Shown: positions 9,222 through 16,488 of the stretch, piece by piece | How the letters are laid out: each line of letters opens with the position of its first letter | Position numbering within the stretch: the stretch's first letter is position 1 | Source: an uncultured Phycisphaera sp. | Lineage (GTDB): Bacteria; Planctomycetota; Phycisphaerae; UBA1845 | Direction of reading: 5' to 3' | Length of the DNA: 51,015 bases | NCBI GenBank assembly: GCA_964421865.1 | Contig: CAYQZH010000002.1 | Location: 1 to 51,015 of the forward strand | Made by a program: the position numbers and the translations under genes | The notes under the pieces: model-generated | Told to the model about the DNA's origin: nothing | Database searches by the model: none | What the model saw: the letters and a program-made list of their open reading frames with translations, nothing else

Positions 9222-9450
9222 TCCGGAGAGGGGGGGACTCCCCCGCAGGGGGAGGCCCGTGGTGGCGGGGGAGTTTTCCCGACGCGGGCGTCCCGGAACG
9301 GCGGTCCGCCCAGGACGCGCGCGGCCCCCGCGAGGGCGTAGGGCGGCGCGACTCTCGGGCGGGCAGGGCAGGCAGCGTGTGGGGGGGCCTTCCGCTCGGG
9401 CGGATCCGCCTCATCCCACGGCGCAGGCGCGGCCCCCCTCCCCCCCCCAA
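9222..9450 (+). repeat. composite intergenic repeat (module A copy 2 plus module B copy 2), followed by a C-run/A8 tract at 9433-9456
   Basis: See 5528-5602 and 6529-6665. Here the two modules sit about 50 nt apart in the 650-nt divergent intergenic region 8998-9651. Confidence 0.5.
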
Positions 9451-9486
9451 AAAAAAGCGGCCGGCCCCGGTGTATAGGTAGGTAGA

Positions 9487-9593
9487 GGGCGGCCGAGGCG
9501 GCCGTCCGGGGCGAAGGCGACACGGGTCGCCGGATAGAACAGAAATAGGCGGAGGCCGAGGCGGCCTCCGGGGATTGGCGACGTTCGTCGCCG
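9487..9593 (+). repeat. two tandem copies of a double-hairpin unit
   Basis: Unit 1 (9487-9533) is GGGCGGCC-gaggc-GGCCGTCC then GGCGAC-acgg-GTCGCC. Unit 2 (9547-9593) is GGAGGCC-gaggc-GGCCTCC then GGCGAC-gttc-GTCGCC. The repeat ends about 60 nt upstream of the ATG at 9652. Confidence 0.55.
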
Positions 9594-9651
9594 TTGTGGC
9601 GGAAGACGAATCGAAAGCTGGCGACGATCATCCTTCATTGGGAGGAGGGAC

Positions 9652-10125
9652 ATGAGGCTCAAGCTGTGTACGAACGGTGAAGTGCTTTGGGGATTGGTCT
9701 GCGGGGACGAACTGCCAGGCGGAGTCGATCACGCCGAGGTGGCCCACTGGTGGCGGGAGGCGGCGATTGCGGTTCTGGACAACGCCGACATCGAGTACGA
9801 CCTGTCGAACTTGGGACTTCACGCTTGGAACGGAGAGAACACGCACACGGAACAGTATGGCGGGCTGATATGGTGGGGCGAACCCACGACCGCCGAACGG
9901 GCCGCAATCGAGCGAGCGTCCGATGCTGCCGCCTGCGCCGTTCGGAGGGAGGCTCTGCTTAGCTACGCCGACGACGTAAGACACTGGACATCCAGTGTGT
10001 CCGATCTGCTCGCGGACGGCGAGAACGGCGCCGATGTCGATCTGGCCGAAGTCCGCGAGCTGCTGGAGCGGGCGCGGAGTGCGCATGCCTCGCTCAGCGA
10101 GATACTCCGCGAAGTCTTGCGCTGA
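9652..10125 (+). CDS. hypothetical acidic protein (157 aa)
   Basis: The ATG is preceded by ggaggaggga. Composition is balanced and W-rich (EVAHWWREAAIAVLDNADIEYDLSNLGLHAWNGENTHTEQYGGLIWWGEPT). Confidence 0.6.
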   Translation: MRLKLCTNGEVLWGLVCGDELPGGVDHAEVAHWWREAAIAVLDNADIEYDLSNLGLHAWNGENTHTEQYGGLIWWGEPTTAERAAIERASDAAACAVRREALLSYADDVRHWTSSVSDLLADGENGADVDLAEVRELLERARSAHASLSEILREVLR

Positions 10126-10288
10126 TTGCTGGCGGAGGCGACATCGGTCCGCGGGAGATGGTCTGGGCGTGAATGCTGGGAACAGCCAGAACGACGCACC
10201 GGCGCGCGGAAGGTCGGATGCCGCAGGGTAGCGCGACACGCCGGACGTACGTGCTCGCGGCACGGCGCGACGGGGTGCGGCCAAGGAC

Positions 10289-10359
10289 GTGACACACCGC
10301 GCACACGGCGGCCCAAGGAGGGGCCGCCCCGTCTGCGTGCGTCTCCCCAGCTAAGACGT
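10289..10359 (+). repeat. 71-nt leader segment, copy 1 (repeated at 11813-11884)
   Basis: The sequence gtgacacaccgcgcacacggcggcccaaggaggggcc...gtctcccc.g..aagacgt is nearly identical at both sites. Confidence 0.75.
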
Positions 10360-10513
10360 AGCGAGACATCAGACGGATGGAATCCGGGCGGGTCATGACG
10401 CCGGGTTGGCCCCAGGGCGCGCCTCGGGAGGTCGAGAACCGGGATGCGTCTCGGGGCGAGTGAGACGGCGCCTAGGAGTACTCGAAGTCGTGAGACGGTG
10501 GAGGATGAGAAGA

Positions 10514-11200
10514 ATGGCAGTGGACGCGGTACTTGAGGGAATCAGACGGGGAACACGGCGGGGCCTCATCCTGGCGCGGAAGCGTCTTGCCGCCTGGTCG
10601 GACGTCGGCGTGCAGGACGCCGACCGGATGGTCTTCGATACTCTTGACGAGATGGTCAGGGAGTTCCTCACACGGGAATCACCGCGCGGGACGCCGTGTG
10701 TTGTCTGCGGTCCGGGCGCCACGCCTCCGTCCCCGCGAGAGTCCACGATGGAACCGCTTTGCCTTGCCTGCCTTCGGCGGCTGCGGCAGGCCTGCGCATC
10801 ATGCGGCGGACGACTCTTCGCGGACTTCGACGGCGTGGGTCTCGAAGCCAGGGTGGGCGCTCCGTTGTACGGCATGTACGGGGAATGGGCATACCACGCT
10901 ACACTCTCCGAGTGGTTGCCGTCGGTCGCGCGCGTCGGCCTCGTGCCGCGGCGACAGCCCCGGGAGCGCGCCGGTGAACGGCGTGGTATCGGGCAGGCGG
11001 GCGTGTTCTTCTGTTGCGACGAGGACAACGCATTGGTGTGGAACGACGCCGTTCTCCGGTTCCCGTGGCCGGAGATGTGGGGCAGGGATCCATACGGTGA
11101 GGGGCAGAACCTCTGGACCGACCGCTGGATTCCGCCGGAGGTGCTTGAGGCCAAGTGCGGCGGGACATGGGTGCCGATCGCGGGGAGGGAGTCGAAGTAA
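10514..11200 (+). CDS. hypothetical protein with CxxC pairs (228 aa)
   Basis: I set the start at MAVDAVLEGIRRG behind ggtggagga. Motifs are CVVCG..CLACLRRLRQACASCGG and a C-terminal EWAYHATLSEWLPSVARVGLVPRRQP... The 3' part is duplicated at 11885-11971. Confidence 0.6.
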   Translation: MAVDAVLEGIRRGTRRGLILARKRLAAWSDVGVQDADRMVFDTLDEMVREFLTRESPRGTPCVVCGPGATPPSPRESTMEPLCLACLRRLRQACASCGGRLFADFDGVGLEARVGAPLYGMYGEWAYHATLSEWLPSVARVGLVPRRQPRERAGERRGIGQAGVFFCCDEDNALVWNDAVLRFPWPEMWGRDPYGEGQNLWTDRWIPPEVLEAKCGGTWVPIAGRESK

Positions 11201-11279
11201 GCAAACGAAAGCGGTGGGCAGGGGCGAGTACCAGCGACGCCGCCGGAATCGAAATCGGCACGAGCGAGAGCGGATGGTA

Positions 11280-11802
11280 ATGTCGAAGATAACAGATTTT
11301 GGAGATTGGGTCTGTTGGCTGCTGGACCCGAATGGTGGGTCGGCTTCACTGCGCAGGACCGATCCGCCGTCGGCGGGCAGCACCACCGTGCACACCGGAT
11401 GGGTTCTGAGCGTCTCCCGCACCGTCGCCCAGGAGGTATGCACCTCCTGATCCAGCAGGGTCTTCTCGATCGCCACCAGAAGATGATAAGCCAGCACGCT
11501 CAGAAAGATGTGCGTCTCCACCCGCTCTTCGCGCCGGTGGTGGATGGGACGCATCAACAGCGGGCTCTTCATCGCGCGAAACGCGTTCACCGCCCGCGTA
11601 AGCAACATGCAGAAGCGCCACGCGCAGACAGGGCCGACTCGATCGCCGCCCGGCAGGGGTGCAGCCGGTCGAGATTCCGATAGAGCTAATCCTCACTCAA
11701 AAGCTCGCAGTCGATCCCCAGGAGATCGTCCAGGGCCGTGCTGCGGATCCAGTCCGGCAAGGCCAGTTCACTCGCGGGACACACCAGCCGGTTCATGGCC
11801 AT
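11280..11802 (-). pseudogene. decayed IS1634/IS4-family DDE transposase (in-frame stop plus large internal deletion)
   Basis: The N-terminal piece is MAMNRLVCPASELALPDWIRSTALDDLLGIDCELLSED, then TAG (11686-11688), then LYRNLDRLHPCRAAIESALSARG. In another frame it jumps directly to the C-terminal signature AVNAFRAMKSPLLMRPIHHRREERVETHIFLSVLAYHLLVAIEKTLLDQEVHTSWATVRETL. The catalytic core between these pieces is missing. The 3' limit is approximate. Confidence 0.7.
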
Positions 11803-11812
11803 TACACAGGAT

Positions 11813-11971
11813 GTGACACACCGCGCACACGGCGGCCCAAGGAGGGGCCCGCCCCCTTTGCGCGCGTCTCCCCGGCGAAGACGTGGGAATGGGCATCCGA
11901 CGCGACACTCGCCGACTGGTCGCCGTCGGTCGCGCGCGTCGGCCTCGGCCCGCGGCGACACCCGCCGGAGC
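11813..11971 (+). repeat. deletion-derivative second copy of leader (10289-10359) fused to the 3' part of the 10514..11200 gene (10881-10968)
   Basis: Direct alignment by eye shows the leader copy up to aagacgt (11884). It then continues gggaatgggcatccgacgcgacactcgccgactggtcgccgtcggtcgcgcgcgtcggcctcgg, matching gggaatgggcataccacgctacactctccgagtggttgccgtcggtcgcgcgcgtcggcctcgt. It encodes WEWASDATLADWSPSVARVGLGPRRHP. Confidence 0.75.
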
Positions 11972-12257
11972 ATGGCCGGAAGCCGGTGCGATAGAATGGC
12001 GTATGGCGAGGGGGAATCGGAGCTCGACGGGGAGCGGCGGTCCGGCGCGCGGGCGAAGCGTATGTGAGCTCCGGCTCTGGATTTCGGCTCCCGCGAATTG
12101 GGGGAACCGCGCACCGCTCAGGTTTGTCCCTATCCAGATCCAGATCCGGATCTCATCCATCGTTTTCTCCGCTCAATGCAAGAAGAGATCCCTAATACAG
12201 ATCTATGTACTATGGTGTTGGCGCTGCCGCGCCAACGCCCCAACCAAGGAGGGGCGA

Positions 12258-13244
12258 ATGTACCGTGCCGACTTCGAATCGACCGTGGAGACGCTGGCCG
12301 GAGTCCTGTCCGCGCTGCTGGCCGAGTTGCCGGGGGCGCTTCTCTTCTTCCGCGACTTCCACCGGCACGTCTCGCGGCCCGGCCTGCGCGGGCGGCACGC
12401 GATCGGCATCCCCCAGAAGACCTGGACGTCGTTCTTTGGGGCGTCCACCCGCGTCGGCGGCCGCCCGCTGTACCTGGCCGCGCGCGAGTGGATGACGTGG
12501 CACAGGCACGCCGGCCAGCCCGTCGTCGCCGAGGCCCTGGGCGGGGCCTGCGACAGGGACCGCGGCCTGTGCAAGGCGTACCGCGTGAACCTGCCCTGGT
12601 GCGACGGCGACCCCTTCGTCCGCGTTGAGGAGCTGGTCGAGTGCGACTCCCGCCCTAACGTCGTCAACTGCTTCCGCCTGCTGCGCCCCCGCCTCTTGAG
12701 GGTTCGGCGGCGCGCCGGCGAGTGGATGGGCGAGCGCCGCCAGTGGGAGGACGAGCACTACGAGCAGTTCTCGCGGACGGCGGTCCATGAGGTCTGGCAC
12801 GCGCTCCTCTCGCGGCGCGGGCGGAAGCCGGAGCTGGTCCGCGGGTGGCCGGCCGCGCCCGGCGGGGCGGACATCGCGGCGTGGTGGCCCAGGCTGGTGA
12901 GGCCCGCGCGTGGCAGGCTGGTCAGGCCCCGGCGCGCCGAGCCGGCGGCGCAGGCGCTGCCCGCGGTGCGGGCGGGAAAGCGCTTCGGGCCGATGCCGTC
13001 GCCGCCGTACCTCCTCGTCAACGTCGGTTGGGGCTTGGGGCCGGGCGACGCGAAGCTCGTCGCGCTGAAGGAGGTCGGGTGGATCCGCGGCGCCCAGTGC
13101 GCGGCGCAGCAGTATGTGTGCCTGCGGCGTCCGCCGGCGGACTTCCTCGACCAGGCCCGGGAATGGGGCGTGGACGTGGTCTCGTTTCCGTGGTCCGTGT
13201 CGTCCCGATCGCTGGCAAATCTTGGTCTGGCTGAGCTCGGATGA
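12258..13244 (+). CDS. hypothetical protein (328 aa)
   Basis: I set the start at MYRADFESTVETLAG behind aaggagggg. The sequence is ordinary (LYLAAREWMTWHRHAGQPVV..., HEVWHALLSRRGRKPELV). The antisense 522-aa ORF 12210..13778 is R/P/G/A low complexity. Confidence 0.6.
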   Translation: MYRADFESTVETLAGVLSALLAELPGALLFFRDFHRHVSRPGLRGRHAIGIPQKTWTSFFGASTRVGGRPLYLAAREWMTWHRHAGQPVVAEALGGACDRDRGLCKAYRVNLPWCDGDPFVRVEELVECDSRPNVVNCFRLLRPRLLRVRRRAGEWMGERRQWEDEHYEQFSRTAVHEVWHALLSRRGRKPELVRGWPAAPGGADIAAWWPRLVRPARGRLVRPRRAEPAAQALPAVRAGKRFGPMPSPPYLLVNVGWGLGPGDAKLVALKEVGWIRGAQCAAQQYVCLRRPPADFLDQAREWGVDVVSFPWSVSSRSLANLGLAELG

Positions 13245-13446
13245 AGCGCCCGGTCCCGGGGACGCCCAGCCTGTGTGGCGACGGGAGGGAGCCGCGCCCC
13301 CGCAGCGTCCGGCGCCGATGGGATGGACGGGGTGAGTCGCATCCGCCGAATCCCGGCCCGCCGTGCTCGCCGGAGACACTCCGCACCTCGGCGGCGTGCG
13401 GGGCGCGGCGTCTTGGCCGCGCCCCGCAGCCCCTCTCGTCCGAAGG

Positions 13447-14034
13447 TCACGCCGCCTCCTGCGCGAAGATCGGGACCAGCAACATGCCGAATCCTGCGGC
13501 GGTCTCGTAGATTCTGCGGAACATGGCGTAGGACAGCCTGCACCAGTCCGCTTCCTCGAGAACCACCGTCGTCCCGGATCGGTTGAGATCACGTCGTTCG
13601 TAGCAGGCTTCCTCGGCCGCCCCGTCGTAGGACAGCGTGACCAACGACCACCGATCCCCCTTCCTCTGGCGTGCCGCCACGGCGAACACCACCGACTTGC
13701 CTTCTCGCAGCAGCAACTCGCCCAGCACGCGAGGTGACGGAAGACGACTCCGCCCGAACTTGTCGATGACTTCCTCACCGTCGTCGCCGATCACGCGGAG
13801 TGCCGGACGGAACCGGCGAGGGTCTTTCAGGAACGACGCCTCGTTCCTCTTCCGCGCCTCGTCGATCCTCCGCATAATGGTGTCGAAAGCACTCTCGTTC
13901 GATTCATCGCTGCCGAACATCAGCCCGTCTCCTTTCTCCCCCGAAGGGGTTGTCCGCGGCATCGCCGCCTGTTCGTTGCTACTCCCCGCGCCCTTCACCA
14001 AACCGCTCACCGAAACCTTCGTCCGAGTTTTCAT
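13447..14034 (-). CDS. hypothetical protein (195 aa)
   Basis: I set the start at MKTRTKVSVSG behind GGAGGG. Composition is balanced (AFDTIMRRIDEARKRNEASFLKDPRRF..., WSLVTLSYDGAAEEACYERRDLNRSGTTVVLEEADWCRLSYAMFRRIYE). Confidence 0.6.
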   Translation of the reverse strand: MKTRTKVSVSGLVKGAGSSNEQAAMPRTTPSGEKGDGLMFGSDESNESAFDTIMRRIDEARKRNEASFLKDPRRFRPALRVIGDDGEEVIDKFGRSRLPSPRVLGELLLREGKSVVFAVAARQRKGDRWSLVTLSYDGAAEEACYERRDLNRSGTTVVLEEADWCRLSYAMFRRIYETAAGFGMLLVPIFAQEAA

Positions 14035-14172
14035 TGTCAAACCCTCCATATCAAGGCGTTTCGAGCTTCAGCCTGTCCGAGGCTCTACTCCTCATACGCG
14101 GCCCAGCGCGGACGGACAAGGCGGCTGTGGGGGTGTCAAGTGGATGGCACGAGTGCCCCCCTTTCCCCCACG

Positions 14173-14250
14173 GGGAAGTGGGACAGCGGAATCGCCATTC
14201 CGGCGGCGGAATCGCGGGGATGTCCCATTTCACCGCCGGGAAGTGGGACA
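14173..14250. promoter_or_regulatory. cluster of GAARTGGGACA repeats (two direct, one inverted) in the 14035-14686 intergenic region
   Basis: The motif gggaagtgggaca occurs at 14173-14185 and 14238-14250. The sequence tgtcccatttc at 14221-14231 is the reverse complement of gaaatgggaca. The motif cggaatcgc also occurs twice (14188-14196 and 14208-14216). Confidence 0.35.
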
Positions 14251-14686
14251 TCCGGAGTAAGTCCGGTAAGGCCCGCGCTGGGGGCGGAAAGTCGGTTGGC
14301 CCCGCCCCCGAGGCCCGAGACAGGCGCGGGACGGAGCGGCACGGTCGTCTCGTGGCTCTAACGCGGTCCCCAAAGCCGGAGAGGCGGCCGGCTACTTCGC
14401 GGACACCGCCCGCTAGAACTGCATGCGGAGGCGGCTGCGGCTCCCGATCCGCGCGTGACCCGAGCGGGAGATATCGCGACGCGTGTATAGCTCAGTGGCG
14501 AAGGGCGACTCGATGGTAGGCTCGCCCATGAAAAGACGAAAGGGGGAATCGACGATGAGAACAGGGTTGAGTGGTGGCGGGGACACCGTCCATCTCACTG
14601 AAGGCGAGATGGCGGGGTCACAGGGCGGTGACGCGGTCATGCGGCGACTGGGCGGCGAGGCCGCGCCTCGCGGAAAGGAACGGAAC

Positions 14687-15607
14687 ATGGAGGTCATCGA
14701 CTTCGAGAAGAAGGCGGGCATCAGGCCGGCTCCGGCCTTCGCGGAGAAGGGGCTGGCCACCCACTCCTGCAACGTGGGCATCCTGTGCGGACACGGGTGC
14801 CTGTATTGCAGCACGGCGGCGGTGAACAGGCACAGCGTGCGGCGGGTGTGCGACGGCGCGACGCTGCGGATGTCGGACGGCGTGGCGATCCTGGCCGACG
14901 CCGACAAGTTCGTGGCCTCCGTGGACAGGGACGCCGGGCGCATGCAGCCGGGCGTCGTCGAGCTGTGCACGACCGTGGACGCCTGGTCGCCCGAGGCGCA
15001 GGAGCACGACCTCGGCAGGCGGTGCCTCGACGCCATCCTCAAGCACGCTGGATGGACGGTCAGGGTGCTGACGAAGAACGCGGCGGTGGCCAAGGACTTC
15101 GACCTGATCGACAGGCACCGCGACCGCGTGCTGGTGGGGCTGAGCATCACCGCCCCGGCCTCCCTGAGCCGGGTGCTGTCGGTGCTGGAGCCGAACGCAT
15201 CGACCAACCTCGAGCGCATGCAGGCTATGGTCGAAGCCCACGAGCGCGGGCTGCGGACGTTCGGGATGCTGTGCCCGCTGGTCCCCGGCATCATCGGGAC
15301 GGAACACCTGCGTGAGATGGTCGCGTTTGTCCAGTCCGTGGGTGCCGAGGAGATATTCGCCGAGACCCTCAACGCGAGGGGGGCGAATGTGGATGAGTGC
15401 GGCGATGCGCTCGATGCGGCTCGGATCGACTCGAAGGCGTTCAGGGAAGGCATGGGGAGCCGCGACGTCTGGTCGGCGGTGACTCTGGAGTATGCCCGGG
15501 TGATCGCAGGCGCGACCGTCCCGGTCAAATACCTGCAATACCCGACGCGGCTGACGAAACAGGCGCGGGAGATGATGAAGCAATACGAGCATGTGGTGTG
15601 GCTCTAA
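14687..15607 (+). CDS. radical SAM enzyme (SplB/COG1533 'DNA repair photolyase'-like architecture, assigned from memory)
   Basis: The CX3CX2C motif lies in HSCNVGILCGHGCLYCSTAAV. Downstream blocks are ELCTTVDAWSPEAQ, TVRVLTKNAAVAKDFDLI and RVLVGLSITAP. The start was chosen at MEVIDFEKK (ATG 14687) behind aaggaacgg; the ORF is open from 14483. Confidence 0.7.
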   Translation: MEVIDFEKKAGIRPAPAFAEKGLATHSCNVGILCGHGCLYCSTAAVNRHSVRRVCDGATLRMSDGVAILADADKFVASVDRDAGRMQPGVVELCTTVDAWSPEAQEHDLGRRCLDAILKHAGWTVRVLTKNAAVAKDFDLIDRHRDRVLVGLSITAPASLSRVLSVLEPNASTNLERMQAMVEAHERGLRTFGMLCPLVPGIIGTEHLREMVAFVQSVGAEEIFAETLNARGANVDECGDALDAARIDSKAFREGMGSRDVWSAVTLEYARVIAGATVPVKYLQYPTRLTKQAREMMKQYEHVVWL

Positions 15608-15616
15608 TGATGAAGC

Positions 15617-15656
15617 GACGGCGATGGGGCCGTCGGAACCGGAGGATAAGAGGATG
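15617..15656 (+). promoter_or_regulatory. conserved leader cassette, copy 1: hairpin GACGGC-gatggg-GCCGTC, then GGAAC, SD, ATGAAGACG
   Basis: The sequence gacggcgatggggccgtcggaaccggaggataagaggATGaagacg starts 10 nt after the radical-SAM stop. A second copy lies at 15967-16010. Confidence 0.5.
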
Positions 15657-15968
15657 AAGACGAAGAAGAGTAAGATGACGGACAGCAAACTGATGAAGCT
15701 CGCGGCCAAACACGGCGGCAACTGGATCGGCGACCCCAAGTGGGACGGCGAAACCCGCAAACGGTATTACAGGATGTGCGGGCCGCTCGTCGGGCGGTTC
15801 TACGACGGGGGCTGCTGCTCGGAGCCGGCCTACCAGTCGCAGGTGGTTGCGATGACCCTCCGTCAGTTGGCGAACGCGGGCTTCACGCCGCTGTCGCGCG
15901 TGGACTTCAAGATGTACCCAATACATGGGTGTCCGGCACCAAGAGGAAGTGATGCGGTCAAGCGTTGA
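15654..15968 (+). CDS. hypothetical protein (104 aa)
   Basis: I set the start at MKTKKSKMTDSKLMKLAAKHGGNWIGDPKWDGETRKRYYRMCGPLVGRFYDGGCC behind ggaggataagagg. I recognise no family. Confidence 0.5.
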   Translation: MKTKKSKMTDSKLMKLAAKHGGNWIGDPKWDGETRKRYYRMCGPLVGRFYDGGCCSEPAYQSQVVAMTLRQLANAGFTPLSRVDFKMYPIHGCPAPRGSDAVKR

Positions 15969-16010
15969 CGGCAATGGGACCGTCGGAACAGGGAGGGAAA
16001 GATGATGAAG
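15967..16010 (+). promoter_or_regulatory. conserved leader cassette, copy 2, now heading only a 19-codon stub
   Basis: The sequence gacggcaatgggaccgtcggaacagggagggaaagATGATGaagacg begins inside the stop codon of the preceding gene. The ORF it heads (MMKTDEGSEIGKWPRGWRP) stops at 16058-16060. Confidence 0.45.
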
Positions 16011-16036
16011 ACGGATGAAGGTTCGGAGATCGGGAA

Positions 16037-16488
16037 GTGGCCGCGCGGCTGGAGACCGTGAGACCGCGGCACGGCAGTGGCGTACTCCTGTCGCCGTTCG
16101 ACCAGCAGTCGCGGGACCGGGCCCGCGTCCAGCGCCTCTTCGGCTTCAGCCAGGTCCTCGAGATCTTCAAGCCGGCCGCGCAGCGCACTTACGGCTACTA
16201 CTGCCCGCCCGCGCTCTCGGGTGAGCGGCTCGTCGCCCGCTTCGACCTGAAGGCAGACCGCAAGAGGGGCACGCTGCGCGTCCTGTCCTGCCGCTTCGAG
16301 GGGACCGCCGAATCGCGCCCCGCCAAGGCCCAAGACGGCGAGGCGGCGCGGGCTGCACTCTCTCGCTACGCCAACGCGCTCGAACTGAGGCCGACATGGA
16401 GGGCCGGGGGAGTCGCGGATGGTGCGAGCCGCACTCTCCCGCTATGCCGATGCGCTGGAACTGAAGCCGACCGGATAGCGTCTCGCCT
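16037..16488 (+). pseudogene. C-terminal fragment of a YcaQ/AlkZ-family (DUF1006) winged-helix crosslink-repair glycosylase, with a frame-breaking 3' tandem duplication
   Basis: The block LLSPFDQQSRDRARVQRLFGFSQVLEIFKPAAQRTYGYYCPPALSGERLVARFDLKADRKRGTLRV matches the family's C-terminal signature, but about 290 N-terminal residues are missing. The sequence gcactctctcgctacgccaacgcgctcgaactgaggccgac (16355-16395) recurs at 16441-16481, 86 nt later and out of frame. That second copy reads ALSRYADALELKPTG and then stops. Confidence 0.65.

Noticed and set aside
10881-11971. Diversity-generating retroelement (template/variable repeat) explanation for the duplicated gene segment
   Set aside because: The differences between the copies are a mix of t>g, a>c, g>c and t>c, not adenine-specific. 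There is no reverse transcriptase gene nearby.
12210-13778. 522-aa minus-strand ORF (and 12758..13543)
   Set aside because: It is antisense to 12258..13244 and runs into 13447..14034 in another frame. Its R/P/G/A low complexity marks it as a shadow ORF.
14474-14556. tRNA-like string gcgtgtaTAGCTCAGTGGcgaagggc and a nearby gggggaatcga that also occurs in the ssrA T-arm (possible att remnant)
   Set aside because: I cannot fold a cloverleaf: there is no D-stem complement, no anticodon arm and no T-arm. The shared 11-mer with ssrA is too short to separate from chance in G+C-rich DNA without a proper search.
14413-15760. 371-aa and 380-aa minus-strand ORFs
   Set aside because: Both are antisense to the radical-SAM gene, which carries an unambiguous CX3CX2C motif. 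The antisense translations are S/R/P/A-rich with no motifs.
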